Below are positions 50,043-62,978 of a stretch of 64,000 nucleotides of DNA, piece after piece. Numbering within the stretch: position 1 is the first letter of the stretch; every line of letters begins with the position of its first letter. The notes below the pieces were generated by a model. It was not told the origin of the DNA. It did not search any database and saw only the letters and a program-made list of their open reading frames with translations. Position numbers and translations under genes: made by a program. Source of the stretch: Lepidodermella squamata (Eukaryota; Animalia; Gastrotricha); the NCBI GenBank assembly GCA_047495785.1, contig JBLDXI010000012.1:496001-560000 (forward strand), read 5' to 3'.

Positions 50043-51347
50043 ATGTTCGTAGGCGTTAAATTATTTAGAATAATGCCTCCTAATCACATGTCAACATCGG
50101 TGGCTATTGCTATCATTGAAGCCACATGGATCAGATACCGGGATAGACAGCTATTTCAAATTCTCAAGGTCGCTGTTCGAACTCTGGAAACTTTCATGGG
50201 AGCTGATATTTTACGCCGCACTTCTCCGCAAGATTACGAAATACTCCGTGATTCGTGCGTGCCTTTCACTCTGCGATTTCGATTCTCGGGTGCCGAGTTT
50301 CCTCCTGTTATTTGTTTCAAAATATTTACCGATGGCACGGCCTTTCCAGCTCAATATGTGTCTCCGGCTCTCATGAACGGCCGGCAGCAAGTTGTTGATA
50401 GTTCGAAGGTTTATTTATAATTATTCTGATTGCAATTTTACGCCTTGAATTTTCTTAGTTCTATGCCGATCTCGTGAAAGTTCGAGGACCTCATAGCGTA
50501 ACTGCTCAATTGCTGAAAGATGAAGTAATGCATAATCAATTTGGAATCATCTCGCCGGACGAATGTGTCACAACAAAAGATTGTTTAAAGGTAAATAATT
50601 AAAATGAGGAGATGATTCAACTAATTTCAACCGGACCTTTCTAAGCTTAAATCGATTCGAGACGAGCTGCCGGCTTATATGGGTGGCAAGAATAATAAGT
50701 GGCGGAAATTGACGTTAGCAGATGTGCCTCGCATGACTATTCTCCACGATGTGTTGGGTTTTGCATTGGGTCCGAAAATTGCGTCTAGGATAAACCGAAT
50801 GAATGCGAAAGAACGGCGAATTGCCATCCCCGATAGCCGAAGAGTTCGCGCAATTTTACCTCACCTGGTTGCTAATAATGACCTGCATATGCACTTTCGA
50901 ATATTGACTACAATATGGTAAGGGATTAATTCATATTTTCTCAAATGCTATTAATCTTTGTTTAGTCGAGAAACTAACATTTCGCCAACCCCGACACATA
51001 TGACCATTGCAAAAACTATGGCGCCCTTAGGTGCTGATTCTGCTGAAAGAAGGCGAGCTGCGAAGGCACGAGCTAAAAAACTCCTTAAGCTTTACGTAAG
51101 TCTCTCAAATTTCCTCGAATTTCTATTTTTAAGAATTCCATATCGCTAGTCTCCTCAATCTCCCGGTACAAGCAGAAAAGCTATCGGTCAAACCATAACG
51201 ATACCGCCTATTCCGAACGGTGAGCCGACAAGTTTGACGTTGGTGGAACGCGAAATTACGAATGTGACTCTCAATTTCTTTGACGAAGAGGCAGATCAAT
51301 TGTTCGAATGGTCGAAAAATTTGCCATCAACTCTGGACGAATTCTAA
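50043..51347 (+). CDS. CXorf58-like conserved protein; spliced, start codon uncertain
   Basis: W..YRDRQLFQILK, LRFRFSGAEFPPVICFKIF, DELPAYMGGKNNKWRKLTL, C-terminal EEADQLFEWSKNL. Confidence 0.75.
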
Positions 51348-51631
51348 ATTGAATGATCTCACTATTATTTTCACAACGATTTATGATGCTTTACGCTTTC
51401 CATGACTTGACAAATAAACTATTTTCTTTCGTCACAATAATTTTATTTGAATGTTATTATGAATAATGCACGAGACGATTCAAGATTTTAAATTATTAAA
51501 ATCGCTAGCTCGTAGCGATTGGCGAGCAACCAACAGACGGTGAACAACCATTTCAGCATTGCATTAACAAAGCTTTTTTAGTGTTTTTAGTAAAACGAAA
51601 ACAGATAAGAAAGCAGCTGTCATCACCATAC

Positions 51632-52267
51632 TTAGCCAAGGCCATAATCGTCAAAAAGACCCTGAGGTGTTTCCTCCTGAAATTTAATTTGATTATTGAA
51701 GGTACATGAAGAAATAAAAAGCGCACCTCTTGCATCATGTCTTGCGATGCGACTGCTTTCAGAATGTTCTTTTTCGATGTTTCTTGAATTTCACCGCCTA
51801 TCATGAATTCGTCGAGGATGAAATAGGCCTTCTCGAAATTGAAAATGATGTCTAGCTCGCAAACTGAGCCGAAATATTTGTCGAGAATTTCGACATAGCG
51901 ATGGATAAATTCCAAAGTGAGCAATTCGTTATCATCAGGTTCGATGGCACAACAGAAATACAAGCTGGCGTAACTGAAATGATACGAAAGTAAGAGTAAC
52001 TCCAGTATTTGATTAAATGTTCAGCTATTACCGTTTGTAAACAATTTTCAAATCTTTCCATTCCAGAAACGAGCACATTTTAGGCTTCCTGGCAAGAACT
52101 AAAGCGGTCACATCGCGGCATATTTTCTTCTTGGCTTTGTCCGTATATGTGAAGTACCACTTTTGAAGTCGTAGCTTGCCTTGGCGGCTGAAGAGCAGTA
52201 AGAAATGAAGCTAGGAAAAATGAGTAATTAGTGCAATATTCAAAATTAGAATGTTTTCGCTTACCAT
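51632..52267 (-). CDS. AP1S: AP-1 adaptor complex sigma subunit; four exons
   Basis: [67 protein letters not shown]; ends FDDYGLG*. Confidence 0.96.
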
Positions 52268-52440
52268 ATCCTGTTTTCAGGCCCGCACTGTTACCAGATA
52301 ATTAAAAGCCCTAACAGAAAAGAAAACGAAATATGTTTCAAATCAACTAATAAATTAAAAATAATCTCATTCGAAAAGCGTGATCCTATTCCCAAACCCA
52401 GCAAGCGGTGAAAGCATGAATGGTGCATGAATGACAGCAG

Positions 52441-52824
52441 TTAATCGCGATGTCCAGCTCGATCATCATCGGCAAGTTCGGCGTTAAGAGATCCCCATGA
52501 AGTGAATCCACAAACGAAGGTTCGCATGAAGTAGTACCATTTTTTTGATCGTGCTTTGCGAGATACAATGATAGCTTCTACAACGTGAACCAACAAGGCG
52601 GGAATCAATATCGTTTTCAGGAGTATATTCTGCTGAAAGGCAGCTAGAGTCATTTTACTGAATTCGAAGCTATTTCCCGTTATCGTGTCTAACAGGCTGC
52701 GCGCTTGATTCATGTGATACATGCCAGTTTGAGTCTTTAAGTCGGTAACACAAGCCAGGTGAAACAGCACTATGATCATGCCTCCGGTAGCCAACATGCC
52801 AAATTGCCACAGCGCTTTTTCCAT
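52441..52824 (-). CDS. TMEM254-like small membrane protein
   Basis: 127 aa with hydrophobic segments. LVHVVEA and RTFVCGFTS resemble the TMEM254 H..E and QTF..G..S motifs. Confidence 0.6.
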   Translation of the reverse strand: MEKALWQFGMLATGGMIIVLFHLACVTDLKTQTGMYHMNQARSLLDTITGNSFEFSKMTLAAFQQNILLKTILIPALLVHVVEAIIVSRKARSKKWYYFMRTFVCGFTSWGSLNAELADDDRAGHRD

Positions 52825-54268
52825 TTGAAGGGCTTCAAGTTAAAATTTACTATAAGTCAAGTTAAGTTAAGTTTATATAAGTTAAGTATAAGTACATTGA
52901 AAGATGATCTACACATCAGTAATTACGAAATTCTCCCTATGAATTAGTCTAAAGAGCGCAGAATGCAGAATTCAAAAAATGACCATGCAAAAGCAGGACA
53001 TATGACGAATTACATTTTACATTAAGCTTGGCCTCTTGGTCTCTTGGTTCTGCTTTTCTTAGGACTCCCGAACACGGTTTGTAGTAATAAGACTCCATTT
53101 GGATTGAACGCGTTCGTTAACCCCACCTGGATGAGTAATCAATCTACTCGGCCTCCGGCGCGTTGAAGTCGATGGATGAAATATACAAAATTACATGTGA
53201 AATAGGGAAATTAGCGAATTATTACATAAAAAAGAACAAATATCCACCCATACACAGTATCTCACACAGTATCCTACACAAATCACAAGGCTGACAAGCC
53301 GGGGATACCGCCCAGCACCCTTAAGTGCTTTCTGCGTGTCTCGCTCTTGTATATCGCTTCTCGCTTCTCCGACAATTGTCGTTTAGCGTTTGAAGCGTGG
53401 AAAATGCAATACAAGAAATAATGAAAAAACCCTCTTCATTTGTCCCTTTTCCTTTTCTTACATAGCGCTCAACTCCTCTTACTCAACAATTAAAACGCTG
53501 ACAACAACTTTTCCGTGAGAGGAAAATATAATCTCGCGCAGCTTTTTCGTTTGGCCCTTTTCCACAGTTTTTTGTTTTTCATTTGTCTTTTTATATAAAT
53601 GCTGCGAGTCCCAACATTTTTCCCATTAACTTTTAATTTTATCAAATGACAAATTATTTTGAAAAATGGATTTTTAGAGCTTTTTTGAAATGTTTTGGCG
53701 GGCCGTCTTTGATGTTGTTAACGCTATGCGGACCGTTCTCCGCTGTTGCTGTCCCTGTGGTCTGTGGTCTTGTGTCTTCTTACATCAATTTCGTGGACGC
53801 GCAACCCAAAAAAGTGTCTCTCGTTTGTCTCTAGCTAAAAGGGCGCGGATAATTGGTGGCTTTTGACTTTTAGCGGCAAAATAATCCTGAAACATTCATA
53901 GAAGAATGATATCGCATCCCGCGTTATATAATCAGGTTGTGAAGGCGACTTCTATTATTCTTAATAAGAATTCCTTCATTGCAAAGTAAAAAGTCAAAGG
54001 AGGATATTTAGTACATAACATCCATAATGCGAAGGAACGACACACGACCAACGCCGCGGAAAACTATTCTCTCCTCGCTTTCGAAGGTTTCTTGTAATTT
54101 AGAATAATTCGAATATATTTGCGCAATAAATTTCGCGCCGATTCCGGCAAATCCTGTTTCCTAATGAACAGAGTTCTGTAATCTGTATTACTTCAATGAT
54201 TTTATTGAGAATATGACTGATCCGTAATTTTTATTAATGTATTTATGTTTAGGCCTTCTCGATATTAG

Positions 54269-55880
54269 ATGGATTACAATAGAAGTGCCGAGGATGGCCC
54301 TAGTCTTCAGGAATTCCTGGAAAAAGTGAGGAATATTTCATTCACTGGTGAGATATTGAAATGTTAACAATTGCCACATAACATTTCCTTGGTTTTAGAA
54401 AGCGCCGAACCAGCAAATTTTTCGGTGTTTTCATCTGCTATATTTTACGTTCTTATCGCTGGAGTTAGTGGGTTCTTGATTTTGTCGGCCACGATTCTTT
54501 GCTTTACTTACTGGTTTTATGTGAAGCGGAAGACTTCGCCAGTTTTGTAAGCTTTGATAAGGCGGAACCTGTTGCTTCTAACATTTTCGCATTTTTAGGG
54601 AGGGCTCCCTCTCTGATCTCTCTTTTCATGTTCAAGCTAACGGAGATGCATTTGCCGATGAAGAGAAGGACATGGGCGACTCTGCGAAGCAAATTTGCCG
54701 AGGTGAGCTTTGAATTAAATTGCTGCCTCTATAACCACGTTTTCATCTTTTGTTTTAGCTGAGGAAACCTCATTAATCGAGCCACCGTCTTGGTCGGTCA
54801 TGGATGTCAATAAGCTGAAGTCATATTTTGCAGATATTACAGTTTCCGATCAAAGTGTAGAAAAATGCAAGGCACTACAAGAAGGTAACGATTGATTATT
54901 GAATTCTAATAATATGTTTACGGTTTAACCTTAGGAACTTTTGGCGCGATATATCTTGGGCTGTTTCATAAGCCTACAAATTACGGTGCCGCTAACGGAA
55001 AGCCGGCGAACGGAAATATAGGTGGAAATGGCCCTCCGCGGAAGGCGTTCATCAAATCAGTCATTCGCCAAGCCACCCCGGTTCAAGTGGCTACTATGTT
55101 ACACGACGCATTGTTGCTGAAAGGAGTCGTTCACAAGCATTTGATGTCGCCTGTAGCGGTCGCTTTTTCTCTGCCCGGCTGCTATCCTCAGTTTGTTTAT
55201 GCAAGCGCTTCCTATGGGAATTTGAAGAAGGTTCTAACCGTTGCGAGATGGCCTAGTAATGTCGGCCGCACCAATTCATCTGATTCGAACCAGAGTGTTG
55301 TTTTTTCGATCCGAAACCTCATTGAAATAGCCACTCAGGTGCTGAAAGCCGTTCGTCATTTACATCGCGTTGCAATCGTTCACAAAGATATAGCTGCTCG
55401 TAATTGCTTCCTCACCAGTGGAACAGACGGCATGCGTGTTCGCCTATGCGACCCGTGCTTGTCGCGCGATTTATTTCCCGATGAATATCACTGCTTGTTG
55501 GACAACGAAAACCGACCTGTTCGCTGGCTTGCGTTAGAAGCGTTGGAGGAAAAGCTGTATTCACGGTCAAGTGACGTTTGGGCATTTGCTGTTTTCCTTT
55601 GGGAGCTTTTTACCCTGGGCCAGATGCCGTACGTCGATGTTGACCCAATGGAAATGGCGACTGTTCTCGCTGATGGCCTTCGCGTTCAAAAGCCACCTAA
55701 TTGCCCTGATCACATGTAAGTATCTCCGAATATTTGTGTTTCATTTTGATGACATATCGTTGATTTTCTATTAGATACAGCTTGATGGTTTGTTGCTGGA
55801 TGCTGCAACCGGAGCAGCGACCCACGATTGACAAAATCAACGAGTTTTTACAAGCGTATATTGCTCAATCGCCGTTGTAG
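54269..55880 (+). CDS. RYK: RYK/Derailed-family receptor tyrosine pseudokinase with a very short ectodomain; spliced
   Basis: QEGTFGAIY, AFIKSV, YGNLK, VHKDIAARNC, DPCLSRDLFPDEYHCLLDNENRPVRWL, SDVWAF, PPNCPD; TM segment IFYVLIAGVSGFLILSATILCFTYWFYV. Confidence 0.88.
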
Positions 55881-57230
55881 GCGTATCAATAATTATGCGT
55901 CTCAATAACTGCCGCCTAGTCTTCCTTAATCAGAAAGATTGCTCTATACGTACTTTTGTTTGCGTTTGCATAATCCAGTATGCATCGGACATGACTGCTT
56001 CTCGTCGTTTTTATTGCGCCTGCTCAAGTAATTGTTGCTGTTTTGACGACGCCCTGTATTGTTGACAAAGTTATATTCGAAGATAGCTGATTTAATTATG
56101 TGCTCACTGCGAGACGGTTGGCGTCGCTTATCGTTTGTAGATTTAGCATTTTGTTGCAATGGTATCGGTGTTACATTTATATATTGCTGCATTTGTCTTG
56201 CCCAGTCAATAACTAGTTGTTTATATATGTAAATGTTCATACAGCGAAAGATCAAAGATGCATTGCACGTTTCTCAGGTTTTTCGGTTGCTTTTTATATT
56301 CTATTTACATCATTTAATAATTAGTCATTTTTGTGACTCGAAAATGTACGGATGATATTGATTGCTCTTGTTAAAGCTGATGATTCTCTTATAATTTTCG
56401 TCAACGATGAAATCGCTGCCTACTTTCTGGTTTTATTCAGAAATGCTTTCGGTAAAGCTCAGAAATAAAGAAGATGATTTTTAGCGGGCAGGCTCAGCTG
56501 GCGTACTCTTTTATTTGAGACCGAATAATTGCTTTCGACGGGTTCACGTATAAGAGCTATTAAGAATGCAGGTACGACCTCTAACATTGGATATTGTGTA
56601 TAAGCAAGTTACGCAACCACAGATGTGCGCATTTTGTATCAATTTGGCCCGGCGTGGTGCACTTGGCTAACAGTTCAATCTAATTATTAGCGGCAATAAA
56701 CCGCTAACGTCCTGCTGAGCTAATGGTAGCCTCTGATACCATACATTGTTTGGCTGATCCGGTTCCGAGACCATGCTCATTTCAGTGAAGTGGTTCCTAG
56801 TATACCACGACTTCAACAACTCGGTGAATGCCCTATATTTTGACGATAACACAAGATTTGAACATTATCTCACGGTTCCGGCGCGGTGAAATCAAAGTGG
56901 GAGAGGAACCACTACAGTTGGTAATCAAGAATGTAGGAGCGCATAATGATTAACAAACGCCTACCGCATTGAGAAAACCTCCGATAAGACAAGAGCACTG
57001 AGCGAGAATACTCAGCAGCTACACGAGCGACAACAGAATCTCGCCCATAACTTCACGTGGCTTTGCATTTTATTTGTTCTCTTTATGACAGTGGCACGAA
57101 ATTTTCCCATACCTATCCCAAAGCTACCGAATTTTTATTGCAGGTTTATTGCTAGTAAAATTGAGTTACGTTAGAACGAGAAAATTCCGCAGCGTGTATG
57201 TCAATGACAGCCTAATTTCTGCCGCGCAAG

Positions 57231-58838
57231 ATGCCATCGGAATCGGAAGACGAAAAAGATTGGGAGGAAGATATTGGGGTGAAGCAAGAGCAGAGGTTGC
57301 TCAGCGGCCCATCTCAATCAACTTGGGAAAATGGTGGCCGACGTAGGAGTTCCATGGCAAGCAGCGAACAGCGTTTTCAATACGCGAAATCTTATTTCGA
57401 AGCAAGTATCGAGCCCGACCGACCACGTCTAGTGAATGCATGGTACGAAAGCCAACGCCCGAACAGATCCAGAGCAATTGGTGCGAGAAAGCAAATTTTT
57501 TATAACGAGAAGAAGGAGCAAAAGGGTGAAATTCTGTTCGGGCGAACCGCGAAACAATTAGGTTTGTCGATTAAGTACCTACTTCTTACAATCAAGCTCG
57601 ATATTTTTATGATGAAAGCTGAAGTTATAGCTAAGTCTTTGATCTTTGACAGCTGCCTGTATTGGATTTTATTTCATATTATGGAGCTTTTTAATCGGTG
57701 TCGCGGCTGGTTTGATCGCCCTCCAACTCCACAGTGGCTGGATAAGTATCGACTACCCCAGGTTTACAACGAAAGACAGTCCTATTGGACAAATAGGATC
57801 AAGACACTACAGTCATCGCCATTATTATGGTAACCCTGGATTAGCATTTCGGCCGTTAAATTACGATGACTCAAATTTGATCTGGTTTATACCTGGTTCC
57901 AAACATCCTGAAACTTGGATGCCTCTAGTTGGAAGCCTAGATGCCTACTTGGAAGGTGCGCTCATTGTCAGTCATTTGAAAGTTTCCGATTTTGTCTTTT
58001 TCAGCTTACACGGAGAAAAGGATGTATGGGTGCTACGACTGCAGTAAGCGACCTTTTCCTCCGCCGCCAATTGAGGAAGATCCTTATGTAAACGAGGACG
58101 GAAATTACGCGAAGTGGTATTGCTGTTTTTATATCAAAGATCTCGGTCGAGAATGCACGAAACAGAGAGCTTACGGTTACGTTGAAGGGAAACCATGCAT
58201 TTTGCTGAAGCTCAATAGAGTAACACCGGATAGGAAGTTGTAGTCTTGGAAATAATTATTGTTTTGCGACAGATAATCAACTGGATGCCGATGCTTTACA
58301 AAAACATATCAGAAGCTCCGGCGGAGATCCACGACAGATTCAGCGAAAGGCATATTGGGGTTAAATGCTTCGGTGTTGTAAGTATATTTTGAAATTGGCG
58401 ACTTTTTGGTTTCATCCCCGCATTTAATTTTAGTATCCGTCAGATAAAGAACATATCGGTGAATTGGCCTATTATCCTCCTGAAGGCTTTCCTTACTACT
58501 ATTTCCCGTACCGAAATCAAAAGCGTTTCCGTTCTCCACTGGTCTTCATGCAATTTCTCAACGCGACCCCTGGAGTTTTGATAATGGTTGAATGCCACGC
58601 ATATGCAAAAAACATCGAGATTGACACATCGATATTTCACATGATGGGCTCAGTTCGGTTCGAAATCATGATCGACGTTAGTCGGGGCGCGCCGTCATCG
58701 TCGGCATCTTCGACGCATCATCAGCATCGAAAGTCGTCTGCTTTCGTTTTAGCTCAAATATTTTTGCTGATGGATCAAACAATTTTGTGTTTCCTTTGCA
58801 TTTTTTCGGTAGCGATTACTCGTAGTCTTTCTTCATAG
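57231..58838 (+). CDS. Na+/K+-ATPase beta subunit (nervana-like); spliced
   Basis: FYNEK....LFGRTAK, a TM segment, NPGLAFRP, YGYVEGKPCILLKLNR|IINWMP, YYPPEGFPYYYFPY, SPLVFMQF, VECHAYAKNI, GSVRFEIMID. Confidence 0.9.
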
Positions 58839-59245
58839 AGTATCAAGTTTTGCACGAACAGAGAGAAAGAAGACTTTATCGGAATTATTTACAGTTATAT
58901 AACTTGGACGCTCAGCGTATAAGCAACTGGTTTAAAGTTTGAAGGCTATTTAGGTACACAGCTTTGGATTTTTGCCAATAATTTAAATAAAGCTAAATAT
59001 TTATATCGTGAACAATTTAGAGTAGCGAGAAATTTTCATTTTCTAAACTACGCAAGGTATTCAGGGTCAAACATCATTGCGGCAGCGTAGGAGGAGATCA
59101 GCGAGATAAGCAGCTACCTTTTATAAAATCGGCAGCCTTCCAATAAAATTCCAGTCGTCATGAACGATAGCGATATGGCGCACTGATTAAAAACTCAGTT
59201 GTACAAGCCAAAATTTCACCGGAAAATCGGGTGTTTTAATCACAC

Positions 59246-60285
59246 ATGTGCCATCTGAATGACTCCATGCGGGAGCAATACGTTGCTAACCGAAGGGAGC
59301 ACATCCTATACTTCGCCGTATTTCCCGCTTTTTGCACGACTGGTGTTATTTTCAACGTCGCTTTTTTGATTGGCTTGTGGTCAACGCGCTTCAGAGGGCC
59401 CATGTACACCTTCCTAAAGGCTATGGCAATGTGTGACCTATTCTATTTCCTTTCGTTCTTCGTTGTTATGATCGAGCGATGTACTTATGATTTTTGCTTC
59501 CTGATAAACTCTACCGGCTATGCTCGACTTATCCTTCAAGTCCTCATTTATCAGGTCGCAAAGGAAGCCACTTTCTGGATCAGCTATTGCATCAGCTTGC
59601 TGTTTTTTATTCAACGGATGATATCTCTGGTTTCCCCTCTCGAAGTGAAGCAGTACTTCAACGTAGCAAGATCTCGATACATAATTATTTCCTCGGTTTT
59701 CGTAAGTTATATCGCGGTGATTAATAGAAAAGATGTATTCATGTTGGAATTTCCGAAAATTAGATAAATTACTCTGTTAGTACCTGGGCAGCTGAGTATG
59801 GAAGGGTCCAGAAGACGTCGCTTTCTACACGATGCACGCTCTATATAGGATTTTTCTCAGTAAATTCGCACAGCCGGGGCATGCTTCACATCGCCATGCT
59901 GACCTTTATTTACTTCGTTCCAGCTATCACTTTCATCGTGTTCTGGGCAACTTATAGACGCGAACTAACTCGGCAATCAAACAGCAGCTCTAAACTTGCG
60001 ACTCGCATAGGTCTGGCGGTGATATCTGGAAAAATACTGTTCTCGCTCGCCAATTATGTGGAATGGTTTGCTGGCTACAACGTTTCCGGGAATTTAAGCG
60101 ATCAAACCCAAGCGTTGGTTCGCGACATTTGCAACTCTTGCGCTATACTTGCGCAACTGTTTTCAATCCTATTGCAGCTCGTTTTTAACCGCGCATTTCA
60201 ACGGAAGTTTTTTGGGCGACAGTTTACGGCCAGCAGCTCGCTACATCATTGTACATCCGCTTCCAGTAACATAACTTCAGAATAA
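59246..60285 (+). CDS. Divergent class A (rhodopsin-like) GPCR, probably from an invertebrate peptide-receptor-like or chemoreceptor lineage
   Basis: TM1 GVIFN, TM2 YTFLKAMAMCDL, TM3 end IQRMISLVSPL, TM5 IYFVP, TM7 followed by FNRAFQRKF. One predicted short intron with uncertain boundaries. Confidence 0.75.
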
Positions 60286-60550
60286 AACCATGTTTCGTGA
60301 GTTGTGAAAGCCTGACCATTAGTGATTAGGCACGCTCTCGAGGAAAATCGCCAATAAACAACGCCATTAAAAGTTAAGCCTCTGTTTTGCAAAAACTTAA
60401 TCTCATCGCAAAATGCAGGACTTCAATGAAAATATAAAGAGGTTAATGCCCTATTTTGACATTATTTTAGCGGTTTATTCAACGACAGTATGTATCTGGA
60501 GAATCAAGAGACAGTATGCAAAAAGGTAATACCTATTTATAGTTGCAATT

Positions 60551-60921
60551 TTGCGAAAATTTCCGCCAACATTATTATTTGAAAAACAATGGTCATTCTC
60601 AATGGTCATTCTCAGCATCATTGATATGGGTCTGGATAACGCGGACCGGTGTGATACTGCCTCCTCAACTGTTTTCGGCCAGAATGAATCTGCTTTCAAA
60701 GATCGACGACCGTCACTTCAGTTCAAGCTAATTATTCAGCAATGCAATTCGCCGGTCACAGGTGAGAAATAAGAATTTTGAGCCTGATTTTACACATTAT
60801 TTTCAGATTTTCTCGTTGGACCCGGTTATTTCCGATGGATAAATCGTCATCAAGCACAGCTGATCCAGGCACCTACACGTTCATTAGTCGAAAATCTCAA
60901 GATACCAGAGGAAGCTCATTA
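60551..60921 (+). CDS. Possible small spliced gene of unknown function
   Basis: Donor ACAG|gtgaga near 60762 and acceptor ttttcag near 60806 join in frame (..CNSPVT|DFLVGPGYFRW..EEAH*), with AATAAA at 60964. Start is unclear and I see no homology. Confidence 0.3.
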
Positions 60922-61020
60922 AAATTAAACCGGTTCTTAGGGATCAACAGAAAAAATTAAAGCAATAAAAACATTTTTATTATTTTGAAAGCTTCAACCA
61001 GTAAAACATCAACAATGTTA

Positions 61021-62836
61021 TCATTCTTTCGGTTTCTCAGCTTCGTTTAAAGGTTCCATTGAGCAAGGTAATAGGTCGCCAGATTTGCAATACGACGAAC
61101 ACTTGTACAAATGCCTGTATTAAAAAAATACGGTTAATCGCAATAACTGCAGCCTTCACTGTCAACTTACTGGCCACTTTTGTTTTTTGTTACAACGCTC
61201 TGCCGAATCAAACCATCAGGGCAGCAGAGATGAAGATGAACATGTCTAGCCCTCGGAGCTGAAAGGAGAACTCTTGGCCAGGCAGGGCTGTCAATTGTTG
61301 GGTTTTCATTCGTCTCACTCGATTTCTTTTCAATTATTAGATACGAGTAGCTTTCGGACGCAATTTGCTCTTTTTGCTGTAAATATTTCGATAGGAAATT
61401 TGAGCCTCAACTTGAAAATCACAAACCGTCACTAATCGAAGCTTAGTGTATTTTGTACTGAACGAACAAATCGGGCTCAATTCTTGAGAAGTTAACCTCG
61501 GACAAGCATGAGCATGTGGGCACTTGAATTAAAAAAAAATGCATCTTTAAAATTTGATTTAAAATTTCAAACTCACAGGTGCCAAAATTCTAACGCCAGG
61601 CTATCGATAAAAAAATCCAATTAACAAATCAATAAAGGAAACTTTATTTTACCTGTTCCGTGAAGAAATTTCGAGCCTCTGTTATTAGCTTGAACCCACC
61701 AGTTGTTGCATGTTCAACAATGACGATGTATTTCCTTGATTTACTCAACATCGAAGTGTAGAGCTTGAGACGTTCATCTTGGCTAGCCATTTCCATCAGG
61801 GTGTAACTGCAAGTGACCAAATCGTACTTGTTCTCATCTCCATGAGGTATGACAGCTTTGTAGAACAGGCCAGAAAAAGCAGGTTTTCCAGCAGCTTTCC
61901 CTCCCTTTAACATTGAGACATGAATAGTTGGGTTATTTTGGCGAGGAGAATTACCTGAATAATCAATTTAGACAACTTCGACATTTCCTGGGATGTATCG
62001 ACACACAAGGCTACCCTAACACCATCTTCCCATACAGGTTTAGTGGCCCATAAAACCGAACCGAGCCCTGATCCGATGTCAAGCAAGTACTCTGGTTTGA
62101 AACTTTGGTCCACCGCTCGAATTTCTTCGAATATTTTGACCAAAACCGCATATTCAGCTGGCAATCTCTCAAACATATACAAATAGCAATTGTAAGCGTC
62201 GAATTCCATAGGCTTCCAATGATAGACAGTTTTTCTCAGCTTCGAATAAAGTCTGTTTTTGATATTTTCCTCGTAGATTTCTTCCTCTTCAGGTGTCGGG
62301 TTTTGGCTACCAATATCAATCTTTGAGCGCAGTTTTTCTTCGATTTTCATTGCTCTCTCCCGTAATTCAGTGTTGTCAGTGGGGGGCAGTCGAGATTTTA
62401 GATTATGAACAAACTCCGCACTAGCGCGCTTTATATCTTCCAACTTGTATTCTAAATGACAGGCTATAGTTTTGTTGCTATGGTTGCGCGAACTTACTCC
62501 CTATTAGCGAAAACACAGCCGTTTGAACAGTTTCGGGAACGTTTACGACTTTGTGATTCCTCAGACCAGGGTGACGCTTGGCTTTCAGTTCCGCGGCAGC
62601 CAGGCGAGATTCCAAAGCAGCATCCAGCTTCAAAGTAACATCTCTTTCTTGCGGTTGAGGAACGTGTACTTCTTGCTGTTATTTACAAATCAACTCGAAA
62701 TTTCACAATTCCAAGTGCTAACTAAACTCACTGGAATTTCTTCCTCCTCTGGAGCAACGCTTTCAGGGTTAACCCTCCTTGCATTTGGCGCGCCCCTCAA
62801 GGAACGGCTGAAAAACGCAACCAATTTCCGCGACAT
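61021..62836 (-). CDS. METTL17: METTL17/Rsm22 mitoribosomal small-subunit assembly factor; multi-exon
   Basis: Presequence-like N-terminus, KRHPG, VYHWKP, LLDIGSGLGSVLWA, YDLVTCSYTLME, VEHATTGGF, APCPHAHACP, WPR, GDLLP. Confidence 0.92.
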
Positions 62837-62978
62837 TTTTAATAATAATCTTTAATAATCAGTGGTTTCTACACATAACATAGAGTGTACATGCAAATTA
62901 TCACATTCGGGTAAATCACGCAGTGACTTTCAAAGCATTTGCATATTTATTCGCGAGAAATGTTGAGCAAGTTTTTGA

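Noticed and set aside
53096-53175. Imperfect hairpin (ccat...ttgaacgcg...cgcgttgaa...atgg) as a possible ncRNA
   Set aside because: Pairing is weak and there are no snRNA or snoRNA box motifs I can support.
53646-53834. Hydrophobic ORF considered as a RYK signal-peptide exon
   Set aside because: No convincing donor or in-frame link, and no WIF-like sequence follows; it needs cDNA evidence.
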